Counted from the first letter of the stretch, positions 39,661 to 50,030 are shown. The stretch: 64,000 nucleotides of DNA from an uncultured bacterium (GCA_949285455.1 CASDXP010000005.1:2756-66755), one strand, 5' to 3'. Program-made: numbers and translations. Notes: a model not told the origin generated them from the letters alone.

Positions 39661-42237
39661 ATGAATTTAAAGAAATTTGTTCTATTACCTCTAGCTGCTT
39701 TAGTTCTTGCTAGCTGTGGTCCTAATGTCGTTCCTCCCGAAGGCATTTCTGTCGCCGCAGCTGAAACGACTTTAGAGATGGGCGATACGATGACTCTCAC
39801 CGCCACTCTTACGCCTGCAGATGCTGAAGCAGATATCACTTGGTCTTCAAGTGACACCGAAGTTGCCACTGTCGATGCGACAGGTACAGTTACAGCTGTT
39901 GGTTTAGGCGAAGTTGAAATTACGGCGACCGTTGTCAGCGATGACATCATTCTCCGCGATTCCGTTACTTTAGCCGTCAATCCTGATGTGGAAGCAGTGC
40001 TTGCAAGTATCGCAACTGAAATTGCTGTTACTGGTACCGCAAGTCTTGTTGCTCCAGGAGGAAGTCTAGGTTCCTTCGCTTTTGATACTTACCTTAACGT
40101 TAACCAAGGTGAAATGCAATTGTATTGGTCTTCCGAAGGTTCCGTCTATAGCTATTTCGCTGATGAAGAAGGTTATCTTGTCGATTACGTTTTAAATAAT
40201 CATAATGAAGTACAAGTAATTTCTTATACTTCTGGTGGTCAACCAGTCCCCGCTGAAAACTACATCACTTATTCCTTCGGCGCGATCACCGCTTCTGAAG
40301 TGGTAGTTACCACTCCAACCCAATTAGATGTCGCAATTGGTGAAGATCATGGTGCAGTAGATTTAGCAGTCGAATTATCTGGTTACATCTGCGACGTCAC
40401 CGATACTGTTACGATCAATCTTAATAAAGATGGTAGCGTTGCATCTCTTACTGTCGTCGGTCACGGTGTAGCTGAACTTACTGGTGGTTCTACTACCGAT
40501 TACGTTAATACAGTTACCGCAACTGTTACGACCAAAGAAGCCATCGGCGCTCCAAATAAAGCTACACCAATGCCAGAATTAACTGGTGATGATGCCGCTA
40601 TTGTCAATTCATTCCTTACCGGTTTAGAAAATGAAAACTACACATTAGACATCGTCGATACTGGTGAAAGTATTGGTGAAGTTGTCGTCACTGACGACGG
40701 CGTCATTGCCGATGGTACAGTTTTTGCTTTAACGACTGATGGTGTCTATGAAGTTACAGTTGATGAAGAAGCTGGTACGATGACTGCTACTAGCGCAGAA
40801 GCTATTGCTGCTGCAGTTTCAGAACTTCTCAATCCAGTTGATTTCTCACCAAACTTATTTATTCCACAAGGTAATAATGTCTATAAATTAGCTGGTGGTT
40901 TAACTGATAATGTATTACTTGGTCTTGATCCAGCCTTAGTCTTCATTGGTGACTATTATTTAATTCCAAGTATCAATTCAGTTGAAATTACTTTAACCGT
41001 CGAAGGTGCGACCGTTACAGGTGCAACTCTCTCTTATACCTATGATTATTATGGATTAGGTTGGATTATGGGTGATTTAGTCATTACTATCACTAATATT
41101 GGTACGACTGCTTTCCCATATGCTGACTTAGAATTCGTCGAATACGTTCCACCAACTGCTTGGAGTGATGTTACTGGTGACGAAAATTGGTATCAAACTG
41201 CTACTGAAGCTTTAGGCGAAGAAGTTGATAACGTTCCATTCATCGTAGCTGATTGGTATGGTTATGCTGACACTGAAGATTCTGAATTTGGTGTTCAAGC
41301 TTCATTTACTTCTCAAACTGACGCTGTTAATTTAGTTAATTCTTATCTTGCTATTCTTGCGGCTGCTGGTTGGACCGATAGTGGCTTAGTAGATCCTTAT
41401 GGTTCCGTTGCCTACACTAATGGAACGAGCGCAATCTATGTTTCCACAGATGCTTGGTCAAGCGGTTATGACTATATCACCGATATTATCTTCTGGTCCG
41501 TCGATAGCTTAGCACCTGCTGTTACTCAGTGGAGTGATCTTGACGCTGCTTGGGCTGAAGGAATTAACACTACTACCGGTGGCGATATCGATACCGTTCC
41601 ATTCACGGACTTAGGTTGGCAATTAATGAGTGGAAACTACGCTATTGGTGGTGTTACTACAGATGTATATGATGCCTCTTACAATGCTTATTATTTAGAA
41701 TATGCACTCACAGAAGCTGGTTGGACGCAAACTGGATTAATTGATCCAGCAACCGAAAATGAAGTGTGGACATTAGAAGGTAATCCAATTGCTGTATCCG
41801 TTTATCTAGTTACAGTTACTATGACAGATGGTAGCACAGGCTACGCCGTCAAAGTTGATTTCCTTGCTGCTAGCAGTTGTGTTATGCCGCCTGCTGCCAC
41901 TTCTTGGTCTGAATATGATGCTGATTTTGCCGCTTCTATGGAAGCAGCAGGAATTGATGTTGATCTTGTTCCATTCTTAGACGCTGAATGGGCATGCGAT
42001 GCATCTACATCTTCCGCTTACGTCTACACTGATCCAACAACCGCACAAGAAATTTATGACGCTTACGTCGCTCTTTTAGAAGAAGCTGGTTGGACCGCTG
42101 CTGGTGAAGCTGATGAAAGCGGCATCACAACCTTCACTAACCCAGATACAAACGTTACAATTGGTGTTCAATTAGACGTTAGAACTACTTCTGTTGCTTA
42201 CGTTAACTTATACTGGGGCACTAGTGCTGCTGAATAA
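39661..42237 (+). CDS. Large Ala/Thr/Gly/Asp-rich surface lipoprotein: Big_2 domain + shared middle domain + three ~100-aa C-terminal repeats
   Basis: 858-aa ORF. Lipobox LASCG. Big_2 signature ..ITWSSSDTEVATVDATGTVTAVGLGEVEITA.. Three repeats of the pattern W-S-D/E...VPF...Y..LE.AGWT..G. Nucleotide composition is visibly more G+C-rich than its surroundings. Confidence 0.6.
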   Translation: MNLKKFVLLPLAALVLASCGPNVVPPEGISVAAAETTLEMGDTMTLTATLTPADAEADITWSSSDTEVATVDATGTVTAVGLGEVEITATVVSDDIILRDSVTLAVNPDVEAVLASIATEIAVTGTASLVAPGGSLGSFAFDTYLNVNQGEMQLYWSSEGSVYSYFADEEGYLVDYVLNNHNEVQVISYTSGGQPVPAENYITYSFGAITASEVVVTTPTQLDVAIGEDHGAVDLAVELSGYICDVTDTVTINLNKDGSVASLTVVGHGVAELTGGSTTDYVNTVTATVTTKEAIGAPNKATPMPELTGDDAAIVNSFLTGLENENYTLDIVDTGESIGEVVVTDDGVIADGTVFALTTDGVYEVTVDEEAGTMTATSAEAIAAAVSELLNPVDFSPNLFIPQGNNVYKLAGGLTDNVLLGLDPALVFIGDYYLIPSINSVEITLTVEGATVTGATLSYTYDYYGLGWIMGDLVITITNIGTTAFPYADLEFVEYVPPTAWSDVTGDENWYQTATEALGEEVDNVPFIVADWYGYADTEDSEFGVQASFTSQTDAVNLVNSYLAILAAAGWTDSGLVDPYGSVAYTNGTSAIYVSTDAWSSGYDYITDIIFWSVDSLAPAVTQWSDLDAAWAEGINTTTGGDIDTVPFTDLGWQLMSGNYAIGGVTTDVYDASYNAYYLEYALTEAGWTQTGLIDPATENEVWTLEGNPIAVSVYLVTVTMTDGSTGYAVKVDFLAASSCVMPPAATSWSEYDADFAASMEAAGIDVDLVPFLDAEWACDASTSSAYVYTDPTTAQEIYDAYVALLEEAGWTAAGEADESGITTFTNPDTNVTIGVQLDVRTTSVAYVNLYWGTSAAE

Positions 42238-42271
42238 TTAAATATTTATTTCAATAGCAATAAAATTACAA

Positions 42272-42304
42272 GGGTCTTGCTTCCTAAAGCAAGGCTCTTT
42301 TTAA
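42272..42304 (+). terminator. Rho-independent terminator after the 858-aa lipoprotein gene
   Basis: CTTGCTT...AAGCAAG stem followed by CTCTTTTT. Confidence 0.6.
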
Positions 42305-42501
42305 TTGCTTATAACTACTATATTAACCTGGGAAATTCCGGTAAATGTACCTAGAAAATTCCGAATTTTCATAAAATCATGAACGTTTTACATAGTAAAC
42401 AAACTAAGAATATTAACAACAATTATAAAATTTTCTAGTTTACACTAGAGTGAAAAGAATGTAATATATATAGCGTTATCGAAAGAAAGGGATAAAAAGA
42501 T

Positions 42502-42732
42502 ATGGAATGGTATGACATCATCTTCTTAATCGTTGGTATCATCGCTATCATCTTATCGCTCATGCAAGGTGGTAAATCACAAGGTGCCTCTGGTGCGATT
42601 ACCGGTGGTGGTCTCAATATCTTTGTTAAAACGAAAGAAAGAGGTATTGAAAAAGTTATTTCTATTCTCACTTTAATCGTCGATATTGCCTTCATGACAA
42701 TCGCTATTCTTATCAACGCTTACGCTGGTTAA
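42502..42732 (+). CDS. secG: Preprotein translocase subunit SecG
   Basis: 76-aa two-helix protein. Gly-rich loop LMQGGKSQGASGAITGGG is typical of SecG. Confidence 0.65.
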   Translation: MEWYDIIFLIVGIIAIILSLMQGGKSQGASGAITGGGLNIFVKTKERGIEKVISILTLIVDIAFMTIAILINAYAG

Positions 42733-42760
42733 GCAATAGTTTATTAAGAAACAATCTTCT

Positions 42761-42786
42761 AAGTCCTCTCGTAGGACTTTTTTCTT
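42761..42786 (+). terminator. Rho-independent terminator after secG
   Basis: AAGTCCT ctcgt AGGACTT stem followed by TTTTTC. Confidence 0.65.
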
Positions 42787-42838
42787 TTATTTGATAAATG
42801 CTTATCATTAATAATGATATTGCTATATAATGTGATAT

Positions 42839-43648
42839 ATGAATTTAATAAGTGTCAAAGATTATGTCAAATTAAGAAAAGAAGAAATAAAAAAGGAAAT
42901 CATTTCTCTTTTACGTAAGCCAAAACTTGTCATCATTCAAATGAATGATGATGTCGCCTCTAATTCTTACGTTAAAGGGAAACTAAAAGACGCAGAAGAA
43001 TTAGGCATCGATGCATCACTAATAAAATTAGATGAATCTTTAAATGAAGAGCAATTATTAAAGATAATTGATGAAGTTAATAACCATGAAACTGTCGATG
43101 GTTTAATCGTCCAACTCCCGTTACCGAAACATATCTCTGAAAGTAAAATTAAAGAGAGCATTAATCCTAAGAAAGATGTCGATGGCTTTCATCCTCTTTC
43201 TAAATTTAAAGCTTGCACTCCGAAAGGTATCATTTCTTATTTGACTTATCTTGGCTTTAATTTCGTCGGCAAGAATGTCGTCATTATCGGAAGAAGTAAT
43301 ATTGTTGGTCGTCCGCTTGCGAAGCTTCTTTTAGATTTGAGTATGAACGTGACAGTTTTACATTCTAAAACGTCTATAGAAGATCGTAATTTTTATTTAA
43401 AACACGCGGATTTAGTTGTTTTAGCGGTGGGAAAACCTTATTTATTAACGAAAGATGTTCCTTTAAAAAAAGACGCTATTCTCGTAGATGTTGGTATTTC
43501 TAGATTAGATGGTCACTTAGTGGGCGATATCGAACCAAGAGAAGATGTTTTATTACAAACACCAGTTCCTGGAGGAGTGGGATTACTTACACGATTAAGT
43601 TTGATGGAAAATGTATTGGAGGCATATGAAGATGGAATTTCATGTTGA
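42839..43648 (+). CDS. folD: Bifunctional methylenetetrahydrofolate dehydrogenase/methenyl-THF cyclohydrolase
   Basis: 269-aa ORF. FolD motifs (..YVKGKLKDAEELGI.., ..VIIGRSNIVGRPLA.., PVPGGVG). Confidence 0.85.
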   Translation: MNLISVKDYVKLRKEEIKKEIISLLRKPKLVIIQMNDDVASNSYVKGKLKDAEELGIDASLIKLDESLNEEQLLKIIDEVNNHETVDGLIVQLPLPKHISESKIKESINPKKDVDGFHPLSKFKACTPKGIISYLTYLGFNFVGKNVVIIGRSNIVGRPLAKLLLDLSMNVTVLHSKTSIEDRNFYLKHADLVVLAVGKPYLLTKDVPLKKDAILVDVGISRLDGHLVGDIEPREDVLLQTPVPGGVGLLTRLSLMENVLEAYEDGISC

Positions 43649-44216
43649 TCATGTTGAAGTTTATGGCTTAGCTAAAGCCATTAAGGCAAGCGGGAATCCG
43701 ATGCGCACAGAAATTAATAATGGCCCGGTGGATGAAAAAGATTTGGCAAGAGCCATTAAATTAGGTACGACTCCGAAAGGGGAAGGGCATGATAATTTCT
43801 TAAAAGGTATCATCGTCCAATTTGATGTTTATGCACCTCTTTATTGGTGGAAACAAGCCCAAAGATATCATTGGTTAGATTTCATTTCTTCGCAATCGAC
43901 GATGCATTCGCTTTTAAAATTTGATGTTAAATCACAATGTGTATCTGATACGAGTGAAGAAGTATTAAATATCGTTCAAAAGATGATCGATGAATATAAG
44001 AATTTAGAAGATGAAGAACAAAAGAAAGTTCTTTGGCGAAAGATTGTCGCTTCTTTACCTTGTGGCTTTTGTTTAGGGGCTTCTATGACCACAAATTATC
44101 AACAATTAAAAACTATTTATTTTCAAAGAAGATTCCATAAATTAAAAGAATGGCACATCTTCTGCGAGATGATTTTAAATCTTCCTAAATTCAAAGAATT
44201 AGTGATTAAAGAATAA
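43626..44216 (+). CDS. Divergent ThyX-like (flavin-dependent thymidylate-synthase fold) protein, overlapping the folD 3' end
   Basis: About 197 aa. Segment FDVYAPLYWWKQAQRYHWLDFISSQSTMHS parallels the ThyX core [27 protein letters not shown], but RHR is replaced by RYH. GGAGG lies before the ATG. 23-nt overlap with folD. Confidence 0.4.
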   Translation: MKMEFHVDHVEVYGLAKAIKASGNPMRTEINNGPVDEKDLARAIKLGTTPKGEGHDNFLKGIIVQFDVYAPLYWWKQAQRYHWLDFISSQSTMHSLLKFDVKSQCVSDTSEEVLNIVQKMIDEYKNLEDEEQKKVLWRKIVASLPCGFCLGASMTTNYQQLKTIYFQRRFHKLKEWHIFCEMILNLPKFKELVIKE

Positions 44217-44479
44217 TTTTTAATTATTATTACCATCTGGTATTGTTTTATCGTACTTAAGAATTAAATCTTTTAATGTTTCATTAAATAATTCTTTTTT
44301 CATTATTTTTTAGTTGATTACACTAGTTGATAAAATCATTAATAAAATCCAAGATGTTAGTGTGAATAGATTTAGCTATGTTACTGTTCTTGGTGAGCAT
44401 AGGCCAAAGTCCATCGCTAAATCCAAATGGAAGCAAATGACACATTATAATATTAAAAAAAGGGAGCAAATGTAAAACT

Positions 44480-44848
44480 ATGACAGAACAAAAATATATT
44501 AACGGTTATAAGTGTATTATCGCGGCATTAAGTAAGGATGTAGATTACGATAATTATGATTTAGATGATCCTAACATTAAAATTTACGAATTAAATGATC
44601 CTATTAAATTTAAAAAGTACACCAACGCTAAATTTATTGACGAAATTGTGACGCAATGCGATGCTGATTGGTTAGATGATTATGAAGAACAAACTTTATT
44701 TCCTAATGTGTTACCAAAAGCAATTGATATTGTTTCAAAAGCGATAGCGCAAAAGGAAAACGCTGATATTATCGATTACTTATTGAAAACTAGAGAATTG
44801 ATGGAAATTGCTTTAAAAAATGATACCTTTATGGAGTTTTGTTTCTAA
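44480..44848 (+). CDS. Small acidic hypothetical protein
   Basis: 122-aa ORF, Asp/Glu/Tyr-rich, no recognisable motif. Followed by a strong bidirectional terminator. Confidence 0.35.
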   Translation: MTEQKYINGYKCIIAALSKDVDYDNYDLDDPNIKIYELNDPIKFKKYTNAKFIDEIVTQCDADWLDDYEEQTLFPNVLPKAIDIVSKAIAQKENADIIDYLLKTRELMEIALKNDTFMEFCF

Positions 44849-44851
44849 TAA

Positions 44852-44887
44852 AAAATACCCCATCTAATTTAGAGTTTGGGGTATTTT
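44852..44887. terminator. Bidirectional rho-independent terminator (AAAATACCCCA...TGGGGTATTTT)
   Basis: 11-bp stem flanked by an A-run upstream and a T-run downstream. Serves the convergent genes at 44480..44848 (+) and 44916..45479 (-). Confidence 0.7.
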
Positions 44888-44915
44888 ATTGTTCGATTAA
44901 TTAAATGAACTTTAA

Positions 44916-45479
44916 TTATTTTTGTTTTTCTCTCGCTAGTGCGATACTTGAAGTGATGATGAGCATCAAACCCGCAAGGGCGATAGCAGCGCCGACGATC
45001 GTTAATAATATATTAGCGATTTGAGAATTATCAATAATTCCTAAGACGATGAAGGTGATACCTACTGCTAAAGCAAGAGCGAAGATGGAAAAATCGAAGG
45101 CGATGAGAGATGGTCTTAATTTTTCTTTCACATCTTTAATTCCTCTAGCGAGGAAAAATAAAGATAAGGCACATAAGACGGAACCGACGAGTAGAGGTAA
45201 GAAACTTACGACTAATTCAGGCATGAGGAACAATAAGATTGCTACACCCATCAAGGCTCCACCGACGAGAATTGAAGTATCGAATTCAAGACGACGTGCG
45301 AAAAGTGGCATGAGCATGAACAAGGCTGCGTCGAGTAAGATGAAGATGCCGATGACGATACCAATAAATGAATTGAAATTAGGCATCCAGCAGCAAATTG
45401 CTAAGACGAGGCCGAACACTAAAAGAAGTGCACCTTCAATAATTTGTAGCCATTTCCAACGTGTGAAGATTGATTTCAT
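44916..45479 (-). CDS. DUF308/HdeD-like small membrane protein
   Basis: 187-aa ORF with 5-6 hydrophobic helices. N-terminus MKSIFTRWKWLQIIEGALLLVFG is typical of HdeD-family proteins. Confidence 0.5.
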   Translation of the reverse strand: MKSIFTRWKWLQIIEGALLLVFGLVLAICCWMPNFNSFIGIVIGIFILLDAALFMLMPLFARRLEFDTSILVGGALMGVAILLFLMPELVVSFLPLLVGSVLCALSLFFLARGIKDVKEKLRPSLIAFDFSIFALALAVGITFIVLGIIDNSQIANILLTIVGAAIALAGLMLIITSSIALAREKQK

Positions 45480-45575
45480 AGTATGAGCTCCTTTCTTACT
45501 TAATTATGTTGTTAAAACTTTAAAAATGCAAGATTTTGCATTAAGCAAATAATAAATAATGTTATAATAAACTAT

Positions 45576-46478
45576 ATGCTGAAGAAATTTCTTAATTTGA
45601 AACTAAAATCTCTCTACGTTTTAGACCTCATAATCGTCGGCGTTATCGCTATTGCACTTTTGCTTGTCGGAACGTTTTGCGATTTTGATTTTTCTAGTTT
45701 AGTTGCGATGAACGATAATGTGGGGTGGATGACTTTATCATTTATTTTTACTATTCCGCTCTACGTCGCTTTAGCGATCGCTATCGATGCATTGATTATT
45801 ATTTTCTTAGCGAAAAATAAAATTAAACCTTGGTTCTATATTGGTGGGGCAATCATCATCTTTTTAGTAAGTATTGTGTTGATGGTCATGGATTTAGAAG
45901 AATTATTAGAAGGATCACATGCGATCGCTTCCACTAGCGTCATCTATCTTGTATCTATCTTAATTGCTTTGACGTTAGAAGTCGTTTTCTTAGTTTTAGC
46001 CTCATTTATTTTGAAAAATAAAAACATCGATCAACTTTTCCGCATCGCGATGTTTTTAATTATTTCCATCGCTATTTCCATCGCCTTAACGTTACTTATT
46101 AAATACGTATGGGGAAGACCTCGATATAACGATATTTTAAATGATGGTGTCGCGTTCCAAGATTGGTTTAAACCTAATTTTGAATATGCCTTCACTTATA
46201 AATCTTTCCCGAGCGGACACGTAACAAAAGCGATGGCTATCTTCCCTTTAGTGTCCACGCTTATCATCTTACATCCAAGATTAAGTAAAGGACTTTACGT
46301 ACGCTTATTAACTTATGGTTCGCTCATCTTCGTCTTATTGCTCGCTTTCATTCGTATCTTAAGCGGAAACCATTTCATCAGCGATATTTCGATGTCTATC
46401 ATCCTTTCTTTAATAACTTACATTATCACAGCTTATTTCACTTACGTCTTTCATTATCAAAAGAAAGTTTCAGATTAG
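45576..46478 (+). CDS. PAP2-family membrane phosphatase
   Basis: All three PAP2 motifs present: KYVWGRPR (KxxxxxxRP), SFPSGH (PSGH), RILSGNHFISD (SRxxxxxHxxxD). Confidence 0.65.
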   Translation: MLKKFLNLKLKSLYVLDLIIVGVIAIALLLVGTFCDFDFSSLVAMNDNVGWMTLSFIFTIPLYVALAIAIDALIIIFLAKNKIKPWFYIGGAIIIFLVSIVLMVMDLEELLEGSHAIASTSVIYLVSILIALTLEVVFLVLASFILKNKNIDQLFRIAMFLIISIAISIALTLLIKYVWGRPRYNDILNDGVAFQDWFKPNFEYAFTYKSFPSGHVTKAMAIFPLVSTLIILHPRLSKGLYVRLLTYGSLIFVLLLAFIRILSGNHFISDISMSIILSLITYIITAYFTYVFHYQKKVSD

Positions 46479-47645
46479 ATGAACATTATTAAATATGTCG
46501 AAAAATGGGGGCAAGTTTCCTTTCATAAAAGGCCGTTAAATGAAGTGGATAGTTTAATTTTATCTTGCTTATCTTATTTTCATTGGGAAGAGCTCGTCCC
46601 GCATATCGACGAAGATAAGCCTGGTTTATTAATTGGTGATATTTTCGCTAATAAGAAAACATTCGAGACGCTTATCGCTGGTTCGATGATGAATCCTAAA
46701 AAAGACCAAAAACTCTTGTTAGCCTTGATGCATTCGCCAAGATTTTCTCACCTAAAACTTAATTATTATCAATCGATTTTTAATAAAGATAATAATGAAC
46801 AATTCGCCGCTATTACTTTCGTTTACGAAGATTTCTTCCTCATCGCTTTTAGAGGAACAGATCAAACATTAACGGGTTGGAAAGAAGATTTTGAAATGGC
46901 GATATTAAATGAAGTGCCTGCGCAGGCGGATGCTTTAAATTATGTTCGCAAAGTTGCTTCTAAAGAAAAATTGCAAGAGATGAAATTTTATATGTCCGGC
47001 CATTCTAAAGGTGGGAATTTAGTCATGTATGCGGCGACGAAGATGGATTTAGATTTAAAAGAAAGATTAATCATGGCTAGGTCGCACGATGGTCCAGGCT
47101 TCAAAGATTACGATGCGCATATCGATAATTTAATTCCTATCATCAATAAGACTTCTTCAACTGTACCTTATTCTTCTTTAATTGGAACTTTATTAGGTTT
47201 TAGAAGAGATTCAAAAATTGTCGATGCAAAATCTTATTTTATTTTGCAACATATTCCTTACACATGGAAAATTAATAGAAAAACAGGAGATTTTGTCTAT
47301 TTAACTTATCGATCTAAAACGTCTTATAAAGCTGAAATATCGATGACCCGTTTCATCCATTCTTTAAGCGAGGAAGAAAAGAAGAAATTTATCGACATTG
47401 TTTTTTACGTTTTGGATAATGAAAACAATTCTTTAAGCGCAATATTAAAAAAGCCATTTAGAAGTGCGATTAATATGCGTAAGCACTATAAAAAATTAAG
47501 CGAGGAAGAAAGACAATTTGTCAAATTTGTCTTGAAGCGTTTAAGAATGTATTGGAAAGAAGCATTCTTAGATAAATTAACTTATAAGAAAAAACCGATA
47601 GATAAAGCATATCGTGATTTCGTCATTTTCGATGAATGGAATTAA
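46479..47645 (+). CDS. DUF2974/Mbeg1-like alpha/beta-hydrolase (lipase-like) protein
   Basis: 388-aa ORF. GHSxG nucleophile elbow (MSGHSKGG). Confidence 0.5.
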   Translation: MNIIKYVEKWGQVSFHKRPLNEVDSLILSCLSYFHWEELVPHIDEDKPGLLIGDIFANKKTFETLIAGSMMNPKKDQKLLLALMHSPRFSHLKLNYYQSIFNKDNNEQFAAITFVYEDFFLIAFRGTDQTLTGWKEDFEMAILNEVPAQADALNYVRKVASKEKLQEMKFYMSGHSKGGNLVMYAATKMDLDLKERLIMARSHDGPGFKDYDAHIDNLIPIINKTSSTVPYSSLIGTLLGFRRDSKIVDAKSYFILQHIPYTWKINRKTGDFVYLTYRSKTSYKAEISMTRFIHSLSEEEKKKFIDIVFYVLDNENNSLSAILKKPFRSAINMRKHYKKLSEEERQFVKFVLKRLRMYWKEAFLDKLTYKKKPIDKAYRDFVIFDEWN

Positions 47646-47714
47646 ATAATTGCTATAATATAAGTTGGTTTTAAAATTATTCACTATATTTCTGAAAGGA
47701 GTTAAGAAAAAAAT

Positions 47715-48461
47715 ATGATGAAATTAGTGCTCATCCGCCATGGCGAAAGCTTATGGAACAAAGAAAATTTATTTACAGGTTGGACCGATGTCGACCTATC
47801 GCCAACCGGAGTGGAAGAAGCTAAAGGAGCGGGTCGTCTTTTAAAACAATTAGGCTACGATTTTGATATTTGTTACACCTCCTATTTAAAAAGAGCGATT
47901 CACACCTTAAATCACGTCTTAGATGAATTAGATAGGGATTGGCTTCCGGTCGTCAAAAACTGGCGATTAAATGAAAAACATTACGGAGCGTTACAAGGCT
48001 TAAATAAAGCTGAAACAGCGACAAAATATGGCGAAGCTCAAGTGAAGCTTTGGCGACGTTCTTTCGACGTTTGTCCACCGGCTTTAGAAGAAGATGATCC
48101 TCGCTCTCCTTACGTCGCGGATATGTATCGTAACGAAGATAAGAAAGATTTGCCTTTAACTGAATCTTTAAAAGAAACTATTACTAGAACAGTACCATAT
48201 TTTAATGAAGTGATTAAAAAGGATATGGAAAAAGGCAAGAGAGTTTTAATCGTTGCACATGGAAATTCATTGAGATCGCTCGTCAAATATTTTGATAAAT
48301 TAAGCGATGCAGAAATAATCGATGTCAACATTCCTACTGGCGTTCCTCTCGTCTACGAATTCGATGATAAATTTAACGTCACTAAAAAATATTATCTTGG
48401 TGATCAAGAAGAACTAGCGAAGAAGATGAATGCTGTTAAAAATCAAGGAAAAGCTAAATGA
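47715..48461 (+). CDS. gpmA: 2,3-bisphosphoglycerate-dependent phosphoglycerate mutase
   Basis: 248-aa ORF. N-terminal [10 protein letters not shown] catalytic His motif. Conserved dPGM core. Confidence 0.9.
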   Translation: MMKLVLIRHGESLWNKENLFTGWTDVDLSPTGVEEAKGAGRLLKQLGYDFDICYTSYLKRAIHTLNHVLDELDRDWLPVVKNWRLNEKHYGALQGLNKAETATKYGEAQVKLWRRSFDVCPPALEEDDPRSPYVADMYRNEDKKDLPLTESLKETITRTVPYFNEVIKKDMEKGKRVLIVAHGNSLRSLVKYFDKLSDAEIIDVNIPTGVPLVYEFDDKFNVTKKYYLGDQEELAKKMNAVKNQGKAK

Positions 48462-49930
48462 TGAAAAAAGTTCCCCCTCTCGTTTTATTTGCAACTTTAT
48501 TAACGAGCGTTTCTAGTTGCGGGCCAAGCCCCTTACCAGATCCAGATGTTCCACCTGAAGGGAAAGCTTACATCGACATCTTACAAATTAATGATTTCCA
48601 TGGCAAGATGGTTCGAGATGAAGAATCTAAAGATCCAGGAATTGCCCGCATTTCACGTTATATTAAAGCAAGGAAGGCGAGAAACCCTGATGGTTTAGTG
48701 CTCCTAAGTGGGGGCGATATGTGGCAAGGTTCAAGTGCCTCTAATTCGAATAAAGGCAAACTTGTCAATGAATGGATGAACCTCATGGAATTTGACGCTA
48801 TGACGCTTGGCAACCATGAATTCGATTGGGGCATCGATAATATTAAAGCTATAAAAGAAGAGGCAAATTTTCCTTTCTTAGGGGCAAATATTATCGATTA
48901 TGAAACGAAAGAAAGACTCGATTTTGTCGAACCTTACACTATCATCGAAAGACTCGGTTTTAAAATTGGTGTCATCGGCATCATCGGCGAGGACCAATGG
49001 GAAGATATTTATTCTCAATATGTCGTCGATTTAGAATTTGCGACACCTGTTAGTTACGTTCAAGAACTTTCTTCAACTTTAAAAGAAGAGAAAGATTGTG
49101 ACATCGTCGTCTTAAGCATGCATGAAGGGCACGGCACATCTTATATCAACCAATACGTGAATATGGTCGATGTCATTCTATGCGCGCATGACCATGAAAC
49201 TTATCTTTCGAATGAAAAAGGTGTTTACGTCATCAATTGTGGGGTGGATGGACATCATATGTCCGCGATTCGTTTCGAAGTTGATTTAGCGAGTAAAGAA
49301 TTTAATGTCATCGAAGATGAAACGATGTATACACCAGATGATTATCTATATGAATATGACGCAGATCCTGATGTCGATGCATGGTTTAAAGAAAGATATG
49401 ATACTTCGATTGACAAAGAAGTGATTGGAAGGCTAGAAGATGGCGAATTGAGTGATACTGGTGCTTCTGATTTAAGTGTCTTAGCCATCTATGACCACGT
49501 CAAAAATGATTTAGGTTACGATGTCGTTTACGCTTTCGATACACGCGCACAGAGAGGTACGATTTATGAAGGTGATATCACTTATGAAAGACTTTATAAA
49601 GTCATGCCTTTCGATAACGATATCGTCATCTTATCTTTAACTGGTAGCCAAATAAATTCTTTGAAGAGCGGGAATGCATTCTATCGCCCAGAAAAGATAA
49701 CTTTTGAAAGTGATAAAACTTATCTCGTCGCTTCTTCCAATTTCATCGCTTATCGGATGTCAGAAAATAGAAATTATACTGGTATTCCTAATTTTGATCC
49801 TGCGACGCAAGTAGTGGAATATTTAGAAGGAACTTATCCACGTGAGCTAGTTAAATCTTATTTAAAAGAACACGGAAGCGTTTCGAAAAAAGATTTCTCT
49901 AATTTTCACTTCAGTGATTTCTATCTTTGA
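48458..49930 (+). CDS. Bifunctional metallophosphatase/5'-nucleotidase-family lipoprotein
   Basis: 490-aa ORF. Lipobox VSSCG. Calcineurin-like motifs (DFHG, GGDMWQG, GNHEFD). C-terminal 5'-nucleotidase substrate-binding domain. Confidence 0.7.
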   Translation: MMKKVPPLVLFATLLTSVSSCGPSPLPDPDVPPEGKAYIDILQINDFHGKMVRDEESKDPGIARISRYIKARKARNPDGLVLLSGGDMWQGSSASNSNKGKLVNEWMNLMEFDAMTLGNHEFDWGIDNIKAIKEEANFPFLGANIIDYETKERLDFVEPYTIIERLGFKIGVIGIIGEDQWEDIYSQYVVDLEFATPVSYVQELSSTLKEEKDCDIVVLSMHEGHGTSYINQYVNMVDVILCAHDHETYLSNEKGVYVINCGVDGHHMSAIRFEVDLASKEFNVIEDETMYTPDDYLYEYDADPDVDAWFKERYDTSIDKEVIGRLEDGELSDTGASDLSVLAIYDHVKNDLGYDVVYAFDTRAQRGTIYEGDITYERLYKVMPFDNDIVILSLTGSQINSLKSGNAFYRPEKITFESDKTYLVASSNFIAYRMSENRNYTGIPNFDPATQVVEYLEGTYPRELVKSYLKEHGSVSKKDFSNFHFSDFYL

Positions 49931-49956
49931 TCCTTTATCTTTAAAAAAATAATTTT

Positions 49957-49985
49957 AAGTCTCACTTAACAAAGTGGGACTTTTT
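49957..49985 (+). terminator. Rho-independent terminator after the 5'-nucleotidase gene
   Basis: AAGTCTCAC...GTGGGACTT stem with one G-U pair, followed by TTTTT. Confidence 0.6.
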
Positions 49986-50030
49986 CTTAAAATTAAAAAT
50001 TTGCTACTTTAACTTAGGAAGCGAAATATC

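Noticed and set aside
39661-42237. Calling the G+C-richer lipoprotein genes (39661..42237, 60559..62481) recent horizontal acquisitions.
   Set aside because: The composition shift is largely explained by their extreme Ala/Gly/Thr/Asp/Val amino-acid content, which forces GC-rich codons. Third-position statistics would be needed. Kept only as a note within the repeat-family finding.
43626-44216. Annotating the folD-adjacent ORF outright as thymidylate synthase ThyX.
   Set aside because: Similarity is limited to one motif-level segment and the defining RHR triad is altered to RYH. Reported only as ThyX-like with low confidence.
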